Assembly (NCBI GenBank): GCA_038319665.1
Contig: JBBQDL010000002.1
Coordinates: 25,289 to 89,288, forward strand
DNA from: Candidatus Limnocylindrales bacterium
GTDB taxonomy: Bacteria > Chloroflexota > Limnocylindria > Limnocylindrales > CSP1-4
DNA: 64,000 bases
Direction of reading: 5' to 3'
Positions 9,268 through 17,002 of this stretch are shown here, piece by piece; position 1 is the first letter of the stretch, and the number at the start of each line of letters is the position of its first letter. A model generated the notes under the pieces. The model saw only the letters and a list, made by a program, of their open reading frames with translations. It was not told the origin of the DNA and made no database searches. Made by a program: the position numbers and the translations under genes.

Positions 9268-10020
9268 GTGACCGACGACGATGCCCGCGCCTGGCTCGAG
9301 AAGCATGTCCGCGAGCTTGGCGTGCCGTACGAGCTCTTCCCATGCGATCCCTCGCTCGCCGACACAGCCGCGTTCTGCGCCGCCTACGGGTTCTCGCCCG
9401 AGGATTCGGCCAACACCATCGTGGTCATCGGCAAGTCCGACCCGCCGCGGTATGCGGCATGCGTGACGCTGGCACCGTACCGACTCGACGTGAACCGGAC
9501 CGTCCGCGACCGGCTGGGGACGCGCAAGGCCTCGTTCGCCCCCGCGGAGGACACGGCGGCGCTGACGGGGATGCAGATGGGCGGCGTGACGGTCTTCGGT
9601 CTACCGCCCGACCTCCCGATCTGGGTCGATGCCCGGGTCATGGCGCGCGAACGGATCGTGCTGGGCGGCGGTTCTCGCTCATGGAAGGTCATCGCGGCGC
9701 CGGCGATCCTGCGGGCGCTGCTTGGCGTCGAGGTCATCGAGGGCTTGGCCAACGAGCCGCCATCGAGCCCGCCGTCGACGCCGGCGCCGGCGTCGGGAGC
9801 GCCCCCGCAAAGGCGTCGACGGGTCGTCTGCGACCCGTCGACGCCGCCGAGGTGCCGGTCTTCCTGGCCAACCAGAACGACCCGATCGCGGCGGCGATGG
9901 CGTCGTATCCGACCCAGGATCCGGCGTCGTTCTACGCCCACTGGGTGCAGATCCGGGCCGACCCCACGGTCATCGCCCGGACCATCATCGTTCAAGGCGA
10001 GGTCGCCGGCGACATCGTGA
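9268..10020 (+). CDS. YbaK/EbsC-type aminoacyl-tRNA deacylase domain protein; the last ~70 codons look out of frame
   Basis: YbaK-like sequence runs to '...ILRALLGVEVIEGLA' (about 9750). It then becomes an Arg-rich, off-frame-looking tail. See the frameshift finding. Confidence 0.7.
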   Translation: MTDDDARAWLEKHVRELGVPYELFPCDPSLADTAAFCAAYGFSPEDSANTIVVIGKSDPPRYAACVTLAPYRLDVNRTVRDRLGTRKASFAPAEDTAALTGMQMGGVTVFGLPPDLPIWVDARVMARERIVLGGGSRSWKVIAAPAILRALLGVEVIEGLANEPPSSPPSTPAPASGAPPQRRRRVVCDPSTPPRCRSSWPTRTTRSRRRWRRIRPRIRRRSTPTGCRSGPTPRSSPGPSSFKARSPATS

Positions 10021-10262
10021 GCTGGCCGAACAAGGGCCACCGTGAGGTCGGCTACTGGGTCGGCCGGGCGTTCTGGGGTCGAGGCGTTGCGACCGCGGCC
10101 CTTCGGCTGCTGGTCGCAGAGCTCCCGGACCGGCCGCTGATCGCCCACGTCGCCGTGGACAACTTCGGCTCGCGACGCGTCCTCGAGCACAGTGGGTTCA
10201 TCGTCGTGGGCGAGGCCCTTGCCGACGATGGGGTGCGGGAGTGGACCCTGCGGTTGGAGTAG
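9852..10262 (+). CDS. GNAT (RimJ/RimL-like) N-acetyltransferase domain; probably the 3' half of a YbaK-GNAT fusion
   Basis: 'GYWVGRAFWGRGVATAALRLLV...AHVAVDNFGSRRVLEHSGF'. The domain begins upstream ('GRLRPVDAAEV', about 9822), before the first plausible start (GTG 9852). Confidence 0.7.
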   Translation: MPVFLANQNDPIAAAMASYPTQDPASFYAHWVQIRADPTVIARTIIVQGEVAGDIVSWPNKGHREVGYWVGRAFWGRGVATAALRLLVAELPDRPLIAHVAVDNFGSRRVLEHSGFIVVGEALADDGVREWTLRLE

Positions 10263-10332
10263 CGGGCCGCCGCGTGCGTCCCGGCGAGCTGGCGAAAGCG
10301 CCCGGTCGCGCGCTCCCGTATCGTTCCGCCTC

Positions 10333-10794
10333 GTGACCGACCAGACCCCCGACCCGAACCAGGCGCCCCAACCCGCCCTGCCGTTCGATCCCCACGCCGA
10401 CCCGACCCCGCCGCGCCCTCCCCGCCAGACCGGACCAGTCCAGTACCGCGGCGAGGACCTCGAGCCCGAGCGCGGCCCGGGTCTCGGCTGCTTCCGCATC
10501 CAGCTCGTCGTCCTGGTCACGTTCATCGTCCTGACGCCGCTCACCGTCGTCTGGGATTGGCCCGTGCTCGTGAGCGGCGCGTTGCTCTTTGCCGTGATCG
10601 CGCTCCTGCTCGTCACCGGCCAGACGATCATCTTCCTGCTCCGCCTCGTGGCCGCGGACCGGCGTGGTCGCCGGCGGCCGCTCGCGAGCGGCTCGAAGAC
10701 AGTGGGGGAGCTCGAGGACACGACCGCGGTCGGCACCGACCAGGCATCGCCGAGCGCCATCGACCCGGACTCGCCGCCCGAAGGGGACCGCTAG
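10333..10794 (+). CDS. Hypothetical membrane protein with Pro-rich N-terminus
   Basis: GTG 10333. TM segments 'FRIQLVVLVTFIVLTPLTVVW' and 'VLVSGALLFAVIALLLVTGQTIIFLL'. Confidence 0.5.
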   Translation: MTDQTPDPNQAPQPALPFDPHADPTPPRPPRQTGPVQYRGEDLEPERGPGLGCFRIQLVVLVTFIVLTPLTVVWDWPVLVSGALLFAVIALLLVTGQTIIFLLRLVAADRRGRRRPLASGSKTVGELEDTTAVGTDQASPSAIDPDSPPEGDR

Positions 10795-10861
10795 CCGCGA
10801 AGGCCCCGTGCGACAATAGCCGTCGGGCGCCCGCGCCCGGTCGATCGTTCGCCCTGGGAGG

Positions 10862-11197
10862 ATGGCACCCGTGCCCGTGCTCGCGACCTACTTCAGTGTC
10901 CGCCGCGGCCGCGACCCGTTCTTCAAGTTCTTCATGCGCACGATCTTCCCGAGGCAGGTGAAGGACTACGAGGAGAAGTTCGGCATCCGCTTCATCGGCT
11001 GGTTCAACGTCGCCCACGGCTGGGATTTCGACAACGTGATCCTGCTGGACCTCCCCGACTACGCGACCCTTGACAAGCTCGAGGCCGACGAGGCCACCCG
11101 CGCCCTCGGTCACCGAGCCGGCGAATGGATCTTCGAACGCCACCATTCGATGTTCCTGCGCGAACGGATGGGCCCCGATCTCGAGTACCACCCCTAG
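10862..11197 (+). CDS. Hypothetical 111-aa protein (alpha+beta, unknown family)
   Basis: High-GC3 ORF preceded by GGGAGG. 'FIGWFNVAHGWDFDNVILLDLPDYATLDKL'. No family recognised. Confidence 0.55.
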   Translation: MAPVPVLATYFSVRRGRDPFFKFFMRTIFPRQVKDYEEKFGIRFIGWFNVAHGWDFDNVILLDLPDYATLDKLEADEATRALGHRAGEWIFERHHSMFLRERMGPDLEYHP

Positions 11198-11228
11198 ACT
11201 CTCCCCGACATCGAACGGAGGCGACCTC

Positions 11229-12170
11229 ATGGATAGCCACAACGACCTGCTCGGGGAGCTGGCGGCAGACGCCGCCCTCGAACGCTCCGACTTCATCGTC
11301 CAGGCCACCGAACAGCTCCGGAAGTTCCTCGATCACCACAAGGACCGGATCGCGGTCATCGGCGGGCTGACGCTCATCGATGACGAGCCCGACTACCTCT
11401 CGATCGCGCCCGACCTCACCTTCCGAAGCCGGAGCCGCTACCTCGACGACGTCACCGGGGAGTGGGTCAGCGAGACCGAGGTCATCGAATCCGCGTCCGA
11501 ACTCATCGAGCTGTACAACCCGGCCGACATCTACGCCGCATTCGCCGAGGCAGCACGGGAAGCGGCGGGGCTGCCGGCCGAACCGACCGCCGAAGGCGAC
11601 CTCCTCGAGGTCGCCGGGATCGCGCCGGACGAGGCGGTCTCGCAGGGCGAGGACCCCTACGCGGCAGCCGCCGACTCGTGGGCCGCGGGGCAGCCGATCT
11701 CGCTCTCCGAGGACGACGACGAATCGGCCGCGCGCCGGCTCTACGACCTCGCGCTCGAGTATCAGGAACGCAGCCAGCGCAGCGAGGCGCGCCTGCTCGA
11801 CGAGTTCGAGGGAGCGTCATCGGGCCTCGTCTCGGTCATCGGCGACCTCATCATCGTCGACGACGACGACGAGCGGCTCTCGTTGACCACGAGCGGCTTC
11901 CGGGCCGAGGTGGTGCCCGAGGACGCCGACGACGAGTGGCGCACCCTGAGCGGCTCCGACGAGCTGGTGGAGTTCTACGACCCGACCGACGTCTTCGGCG
12001 ACTTGGCCGACGCGCTGGCCGAGGCGTTCCCGGCCGTCGCGCCCGAACTGGCCGGAGCGTCGAGCAACGGCACCGGCGAGGCAGGCGGCGAGGGCGAAGG
12101 CGCAAGCGAAGGCGAGGCCGTCGCGACCGCCGAGGCCGATGGTGACGCCGAGGACGAACCGACCGCGTGA
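11229..12170 (+). CDS. Highly acidic, internally duplicated hypothetical protein
   Basis: ATG 11229 follows GGAGG. 313 aa with 78 D+E versus 17 K+R (hand count). Two related ~70-aa modules. Stop overlaps the pyrK GTG (GTGA at 12167-12170). Confidence 0.6.
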   Translation: MDSHNDLLGELAADAALERSDFIVQATEQLRKFLDHHKDRIAVIGGLTLIDDEPDYLSIAPDLTFRSRSRYLDDVTGEWVSETEVIESASELIELYNPADIYAAFAEAAREAAGLPAEPTAEGDLLEVAGIAPDEAVSQGEDPYAAAADSWAAGQPISLSEDDDESAARRLYDLALEYQERSQRSEARLLDEFEGASSGLVSVIGDLIIVDDDDERLSLTTSGFRAEVVPEDADDEWRTLSGSDELVEFYDPTDVFGDLADALAEAFPAVAPELAGASSNGTGEAGGEGEGASEGEAVATAEADGDAEDEPTA

Positions 12171-13033
12171 CGATGCGGCTCGCCGCGGCCGAGCTGGTCG
12201 AGAGTCGGGAGATCCTGCCGGGCCAGTGGATCCAGGCCTATCACGCGCCCGGGCTCGCGGTCGGGTCGCGCGCCGGCCAGTTCGTGCATGCCCGACCCGG
12301 GGACTTCTCGGGGATGATCTTGCGCCGCCCGTTCTCGCTCAACACCGCGGACGCCGCGACCGGCATCGTGACGATCCATTTCCGGGTGATCGGGCGTGGG
12401 ACCGACTGGTTCACGCGACTGCGTCCGGGCGACCCGATCGACCTGCTCGGGCCGCTCGGGCGCCCGTTCGAGGTGGATCCGCGCAGCCGCCACCTCCTCC
12501 TGGTGGCGGGCGGGCTCGGCATGGCAGGGGTTCGGATGCTGGTCGATGAGGCGATCCGCGACGGCCGCCAGGTGACGCTCCTATTCGGGGCTGCGTCGGC
12601 GCGTGAGGTCTACCCGTCGAGCCTCCTTCCGGACGAGGTCGAATACATCGTCGCGACCGACGACGGCAGCCTTGGCCACCACGGCTACGTCACCGACCTC
12701 GTCGCCGAGTACGAGGCCTGGGCGGACCAGGCGTTCGCCTGCGGCCCGGCACCCATGCTCGCCGCGCTGGCGCGGCTGGCCGCGGGCCGGCGCGAACGCC
12801 TCGGCGTCGCCAAACTCGGGCGCAAGCGGGGCGCCGGGAAGGCCGATCTAGTCGGCTCCCCGGCGGCGCGTCGGAAGGCCTTCCTCCAGGTGTCGATGGA
12901 GCAGAACATGGGTTGCGCGGTCGGGGCGTGTCTTGGCTGCGTGGTGATGAACACGTCCGGCGTCCCGCAACGTGTCTGCCGCGAGGGTCCGGTCTTCGCC
13001 GCCGAGGAGATCGCCTGGGAGAACGCCTGGTGA
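12167..13033 (+). CDS. pyrK: Dihydroorotate dehydrogenase (class 1B) electron-transfer subunit
   Basis: 'RRPFSL', 'LLLVAGGLGMAG', C-terminal 2Fe-2S motif 'MGCAVGACLGCVV...VCREGPVF'. Confidence 0.88.
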   Translation: MTMRLAAAELVESREILPGQWIQAYHAPGLAVGSRAGQFVHARPGDFSGMILRRPFSLNTADAATGIVTIHFRVIGRGTDWFTRLRPGDPIDLLGPLGRPFEVDPRSRHLLLVAGGLGMAGVRMLVDEAIRDGRQVTLLFGAASAREVYPSSLLPDEVEYIVATDDGSLGHHGYVTDLVAEYEAWADQAFACGPAPMLAALARLAAGRRERLGVAKLGRKRGAGKADLVGSPAARRKAFLQVSMEQNMGCAVGACLGCVVMNTSGVPQRVCREGPVFAAEEIAWENAW

Positions 13034-14157
13034 AGGCCAAGCGCCGAGCGATGACGGCTTCGCCGCGCGTGGCGGAGCAGAAGTACCCGGCCGGGCCGAA
13101 GCGCCCCGCGATCCCGCTATCGAGCTGGAGGGCGTCCGCGCTCGCGGACCGACCCTCAACCGGCCGAGCCGATCCGCCCGCGCCGGTCTCGTCCTCCTCG
13201 GTCGATCTGTCCGTCGACCTCGGTCGCGGCCTGGTCCTGCCGAATCCGATCCTGGTCGCCTCGGGCACCTTTGGTTATGGGGTCGAATACGGCGAGGTCG
13301 TCGAGGTCGACCGGCTCGGCGGGATCTGCTGCAAGGGGACGACCCTCAAGGCACGCATCGGCAATCCGACCCCGCGGGTGACCGAGACGCCGGCCGGGAT
13401 GCTCAATTCGATCGGACTCCAGAACCCGGGCGTCGACGCGGTCATCGCCAGGTACGCCGAGACGTGGACGACCTGGAAGACGCCGGTCATCGTCAACGTC
13501 GCCGGCGAGTCGGTGCACGACTACGTGGAGGTCGCGAGGCGGCTCGACGGCGTCCCTGGCATCGCCGCGATCGAGCTCAACATCTCCTGCCCGAACGTCG
13601 GCGCCGGCGGGCTCCAGTTCGCAATCGATGCCGGCGCGGCCGGTGAGGTCACAGCCGCTGTCCGCCGCGCCACGGATCTCCCCTTGTTGGTCAAGCTGTC
13701 GCCCAACGTCGCCGACATCCGTCCGATCGCGCGGGCCATCGCCGACGCCGGAGCGGACGCGTTGACCGCGATCAACACCCTGTCAGGGATCGCTGTCGAG
13801 CCCGGGCGCGGGCGACCGTTGCTCGGCAACATCTATGGCGGCCTGAGTGGCCCGGCGGTCAAACCGGTCGCGTTGCGGGTCGTCTACGAGGTTGCCCAGG
13901 CCGTGAGGATCCCGGTCATCGCCATCGGCGGGGTGACGGAGCTGGCGGACGTCCTGGACTTCCTCGCGGTCGGCGCCGTCGCGGTCCAGGTCGGCACCGC
14001 GATCTTCGCGGATCCGACCCTCCCGGTCCGCCTCATCGACGAGCTCACCGACGAGTGTGGCCGTCGCGGCTTCGCCAGCTACCGTGACCTGATCGGCACG
14101 GCCCTCCCGAAGAAGGCGGGCCAGCCGTCGGCCAAGGGCGTGGAATACCGCCCGTAA
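13030..14157 (+). CDS. pyrD: Dihydroorotate dehydrogenase (class 1B) catalytic subunit
   Basis: 'NPILVASGTFGYG', 'GMLNSIGLQNPG', 'ELNISCPNV', 'YGGLSGPAVKP'. GTG 13030 overlaps the pyrK stop. About 50-aa basic N-terminal extension. Confidence 0.9.
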   Translation: MKAKRRAMTASPRVAEQKYPAGPKRPAIPLSSWRASALADRPSTGRADPPAPVSSSSVDLSVDLGRGLVLPNPILVASGTFGYGVEYGEVVEVDRLGGICCKGTTLKARIGNPTPRVTETPAGMLNSIGLQNPGVDAVIARYAETWTTWKTPVIVNVAGESVHDYVEVARRLDGVPGIAAIELNISCPNVGAGGLQFAIDAGAAGEVTAAVRRATDLPLLVKLSPNVADIRPIARAIADAGADALTAINTLSGIAVEPGRGRPLLGNIYGGLSGPAVKPVALRVVYEVAQAVRIPVIAIGGVTELADVLDFLAVGAVAVQVGTAIFADPTLPVRLIDELTDECGRRGFASYRDLIGTALPKKAGQPSAKGVEYRP

Positions 14158-14209
14158 GTCCTGCGTGGGGACAGGGGGTCGCGAACCAGGCGCATGGTAT
14201 GGTATGTGC

Positions 14210-14452
14210 ATGTTCAGCGAACGTACCCAGGTCCTGCTCTCGCCGGAACAGCTGGCGCGGCTGAAGCGGATCGCCGCGCGGGACGGCAAGTCGGTCGGTG
14301 CGGTCATCCGTGACGCTGTCGATTCGTTCGTCGAGGCAGAACCGGACCGACGGCAGCGAGCGCTCAAGGCGCTCCTCGCGATGAACGCGCCGGTCGATAA
14401 CTGGGAGGTCATGAAGGCCCAGATCGAAAAGAGCCAGCTCGGCGATTGGTGA
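14210..14452 (+). CDS. vapB: Ribbon-helix-helix (CopG/VapB-like) antitoxin
   Basis: 'MFSERTQVLLSPEQLARLKRIAARDGKSVGAVIRDAV'. Stop overlaps the vapC GTG. Confidence 0.75.
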   Translation: MFSERTQVLLSPEQLARLKRIAARDGKSVGAVIRDAVDSFVEAEPDRRQRALKALLAMNAPVDNWEVMKAQIEKSQLGDW

Positions 14453-14874
14453 CTGCGTTCATCGACACCGCGGTGATCATGTACGCGGCTGGCGGCGAGC
14501 ACGCGCTTCGTGAACCTTCCCGTCGCATCTTGTCCCGGATCGGGACCGCCGATCTTGACGGCGTCATCTCGGTCGAAGTCGTCCAGGAGATCCTCCATCG
14601 CTTCATCAGCCTGCGGCGGCCGGATGTGGGTCTCCTGCAAGCCGCTCAGGCGATGGACTTTTTCGCGCCGGTGCTGCCGATCACGCACGCCCTGATGCGT
14701 CGCGTCCCGGACCTGGCGATCAAGTACCCGTCACTGGCTGCCCGCGACCTCGTCCATGTTGCGACCTGCATCCACGAGGGCATCACCGACATCATCAGCC
14801 CCGACCGTGGCTTCGACCACGTCGCCGAGGTCCGGCGGATCGACCCGATGTCGTTCGCCGACGTGCCCGCGTAG
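14449..14874 (+). CDS. vapC: PIN-domain toxin VapC
   Basis: 'VTAFIDTAVIMYAAGGEH...SVEVVQEILHRF...ARDLVHVATCI...ISPDRGF'. GTGA overlap with vapB. Confidence 0.85.
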   Translation: MTAFIDTAVIMYAAGGEHALREPSRRILSRIGTADLDGVISVEVVQEILHRFISLRRPDVGLLQAAQAMDFFAPVLPITHALMRRVPDLAIKYPSLAARDLVHVATCIHEGITDIISPDRGFDHVAEVRRIDPMSFADVPA

Positions 14875-14883
14875 ACTCAGCGA

Positions 14884-15585
14884 GTGACCACGGTTCGACC
14901 GGCCCTCGATGCCGCCTTGCGCCACACCATCGCGCTGCGGACCGAGGCGCTGTTCCGGAGTTCGGGCGCGTTCCGCGAGGGTCACTTCCTGCTCAAGAGC
15001 GGCCGCCATGGCGACGCCTACGTCGAGAAGTTCCATGTCCTCCAGGATCCAGCCGCGACGAGCGAGCTGTGCGGCTTCTTCGCCGAACATGGGCGAGGCC
15101 GCGACGAGGCGCCGCTCGTCGATCTCGTGGCGGGTCCGACGACCGGCGGGATCATCCTCGCCTTCGAGACGGCGCGCCAGCTCGGCGTGCACAGCATCTT
15201 CGCCGAGGAGGTCCGGGCGGACGATGGCACGACCCATCGCGAGTTCCGGCGCGGCTTCCGGATCGAACCTGGCGAGCGCGTCCTCCTCGTCGACGACATC
15301 CTGACCACGGGCGGCTCGTTGCTCGCGATGCTCCCGGCGGTCGAATCGATGGGCGGCGAGATCGTCGAATGCGTCGTCCTCGTCGATCGAAGCGGCGGCG
15401 GCCGAGCGACGCTCACCTCGCCGACCAGCGGACACGTCTACCCGCTCCGCTCACTGTGGCAGCTCGACCTGCCTACCTTCGAGCCGGGTCCGGCGACCTG
15501 CCCGCGTTGTGCCGACGGCACTCCTCTCTACGCGCCCGGGAGCACCGGGACGGGGACGCTCGGGGTCGGCGCCGCGGCGCACTGA
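14884..15585 (+). CDS. pyrE: Orotate phosphoribosyltransferase
   Basis: 'FREGHFLLKSGRHGDAY', 'VLLVDDILTTGGS'. C-terminal CPRC-containing tail. Confidence 0.9.
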   Translation: MTTVRPALDAALRHTIALRTEALFRSSGAFREGHFLLKSGRHGDAYVEKFHVLQDPAATSELCGFFAEHGRGRDEAPLVDLVAGPTTGGIILAFETARQLGVHSIFAEEVRADDGTTHREFRRGFRIEPGERVLLVDDILTTGGSLLAMLPAVESMGGEIVECVVLVDRSGGGRATLTSPTSGHVYPLRSLWQLDLPTFEPGPATCPRCADGTPLYAPGSTGTGTLGVGAAAH

Positions 15586-15595
15586 GCTGCCGACC

Positions 15596-15958
15596 ATGGA
15601 CCGACGGACGCGGAATCTCTTCGTGCTGGCGTTCGTCGCGGTCGTCGTCCTGGCCGGCGGCGCGGCGTTCCTGCTGGGCGACAGCAGCCTCCGCGATCCC
15701 GGAGCCCCGGCAGGAGCGACGGCGGCGGTCGGCGTGATCGTCGGGGTCCAGTCCCAGGGGCTCGACCGGGTCACCGGGTTCACCCTCCGGACGACCGACC
15801 AGGGCTCGATCGTCTTCGTGATCGGCGACCTCGAGAACGGGGCCGAGTTCCCCCCGGGTCACCTCGTGGAACACCAGGCGACGGCGCAGCCGGTTCGCGT
15901 CTGGTACCGCACCGAGGGCGGTTCCAAGATCGCGATCCGGCTCGAGGATGCGACCTGA
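15596..15958 (+). CDS. Hypothetical membrane-anchored/secreted protein
   Basis: ATG 15596. N-terminal anchor 'LFVLAFVAVVVLAGGAAFLL'. 11 nt after pyrE. Confidence 0.5.
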   Translation: MDRRTRNLFVLAFVAVVVLAGGAAFLLGDSSLRDPGAPAGATAAVGVIVGVQSQGLDRVTGFTLRTTDQGSIVFVIGDLENGAEFPPGHLVEHQATAQPVRVWYRTEGGSKIAIRLEDAT

Positions 15959-15964
15959 CTCGCG

Positions 15965-16945
15965 CTAGCCGCCGGCCGTGATGACCGGCAGGATCGCCGT
16001 CAGCTCGGCGTCGGTGATCGTGATCACGTACGAACCCTGGACCACCCCGTTCCGGTCGACCGCGAACATCCACGGCTCCGAGCGGAGGCCCCACTCGTTG
16101 CTGAAGTCGTTCGCGATGAGCTGGTTCTGGCTATCGAGGATCGGCTGGAGCGCGCCGTTCGTGACCTGGAGCTTGTAGGGCTCGACGTTGATGAACGTGA
16201 CATCCGGGTGTGCCGCGGCGATCGGCTTGAAATGGTCGAGGGTCGGGCCGCACTGCTGGCTCGTACAGAACTTGGGCGTCGCGAAGATGAGGATGAACGG
16301 CTTATGCGCGGCCAGGGCCGCTGCGACGGAGGTCGTGTAGAAGGCGGGATCCGGCTTGGCGTCCGTCGAGATCCTGGTCAGGTCGCCCGCGACGTCGGCG
16401 GCGGTTGGCGTCTTCGATGCCGGTGCCTTCTGGCCGACGGCGATCGACGTCGGCGTATCGAGGACCGTGAAGCTGAGGCGGATGGTCTCCGGGGCGGCGT
16501 TCGGTGCCGTGGTCGTGAATTCGGCGCCCCACGTCCCGCCCTCGGGCAGGTCGGCGTCCGCGATGTACATCCCGCGCTCGTCCTGGATGGTCCAGACGAA
16601 GGCGCCGTCGGCCGTCGCGACGACCTTGTTCGGGTCGCGAGCGAGGTCGTAGAACGCCACCTTCACCGTTCGGCCCGGAGCGCTGACGTCGTTGTTCGCC
16701 TTGTCGAGGAAGAGGAAGACGATGCGGGCCCTTCCGCAGGTGATGTCGTTCGAGACCATGAACGGGACGACGCTCGGGGGCGAGCTGGGCTGACCCCAGC
16801 CGGGCGCGCTGCTGATGTCCGGGGCACTCGCGCAAACGGCCGCGGCGGACGACGAGGCAGGGCCGCCGCTGGGCGCTGATTGGCCGCACGCGACGACGAC
16901 CAGGGCAAGGGCACACAGCAGCGGACCGAGGCGTCGGGGACCCAT
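15965..16945 (-). CDS. Lipoprotein with C-terminal thioredoxin-fold (redoxin/TlpA-like) domain
   Basis: Lipobox 'LALVVVAC'. 'PFILIFATPKFCTSQQCGP' Cys-x4-Cys motif. Only the 3' 981 nt of the 852-aa track ORF looks coding. Confidence 0.7.
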   Translation of the reverse strand: MGPRRLGPLLCALALVVVACGQSAPSGGPASSSAAAVCASAPDISSAPGWGQPSSPPSVVPFMVSNDITCGRARIVFLFLDKANNDVSAPGRTVKVAFYDLARDPNKVVATADGAFVWTIQDERGMYIADADLPEGGTWGAEFTTTAPNAAPETIRLSFTVLDTPTSIAVGQKAPASKTPTAADVAGDLTRISTDAKPDPAFYTTSVAAALAAHKPFILIFATPKFCTSQQCGPTLDHFKPIAAAHPDVTFINVEPYKLQVTNGALQPILDSQNQLIANDFSNEWGLRSEPWMFAVDRNGVVQGSYVITITDAELTAILPVITAGG

Positions 16946-17002
16946 CGCCGACAGGGTATCGCCGTCGGTGGGAACGTGCCGCCGGGGTAGAATGACCGCC
17001 TC

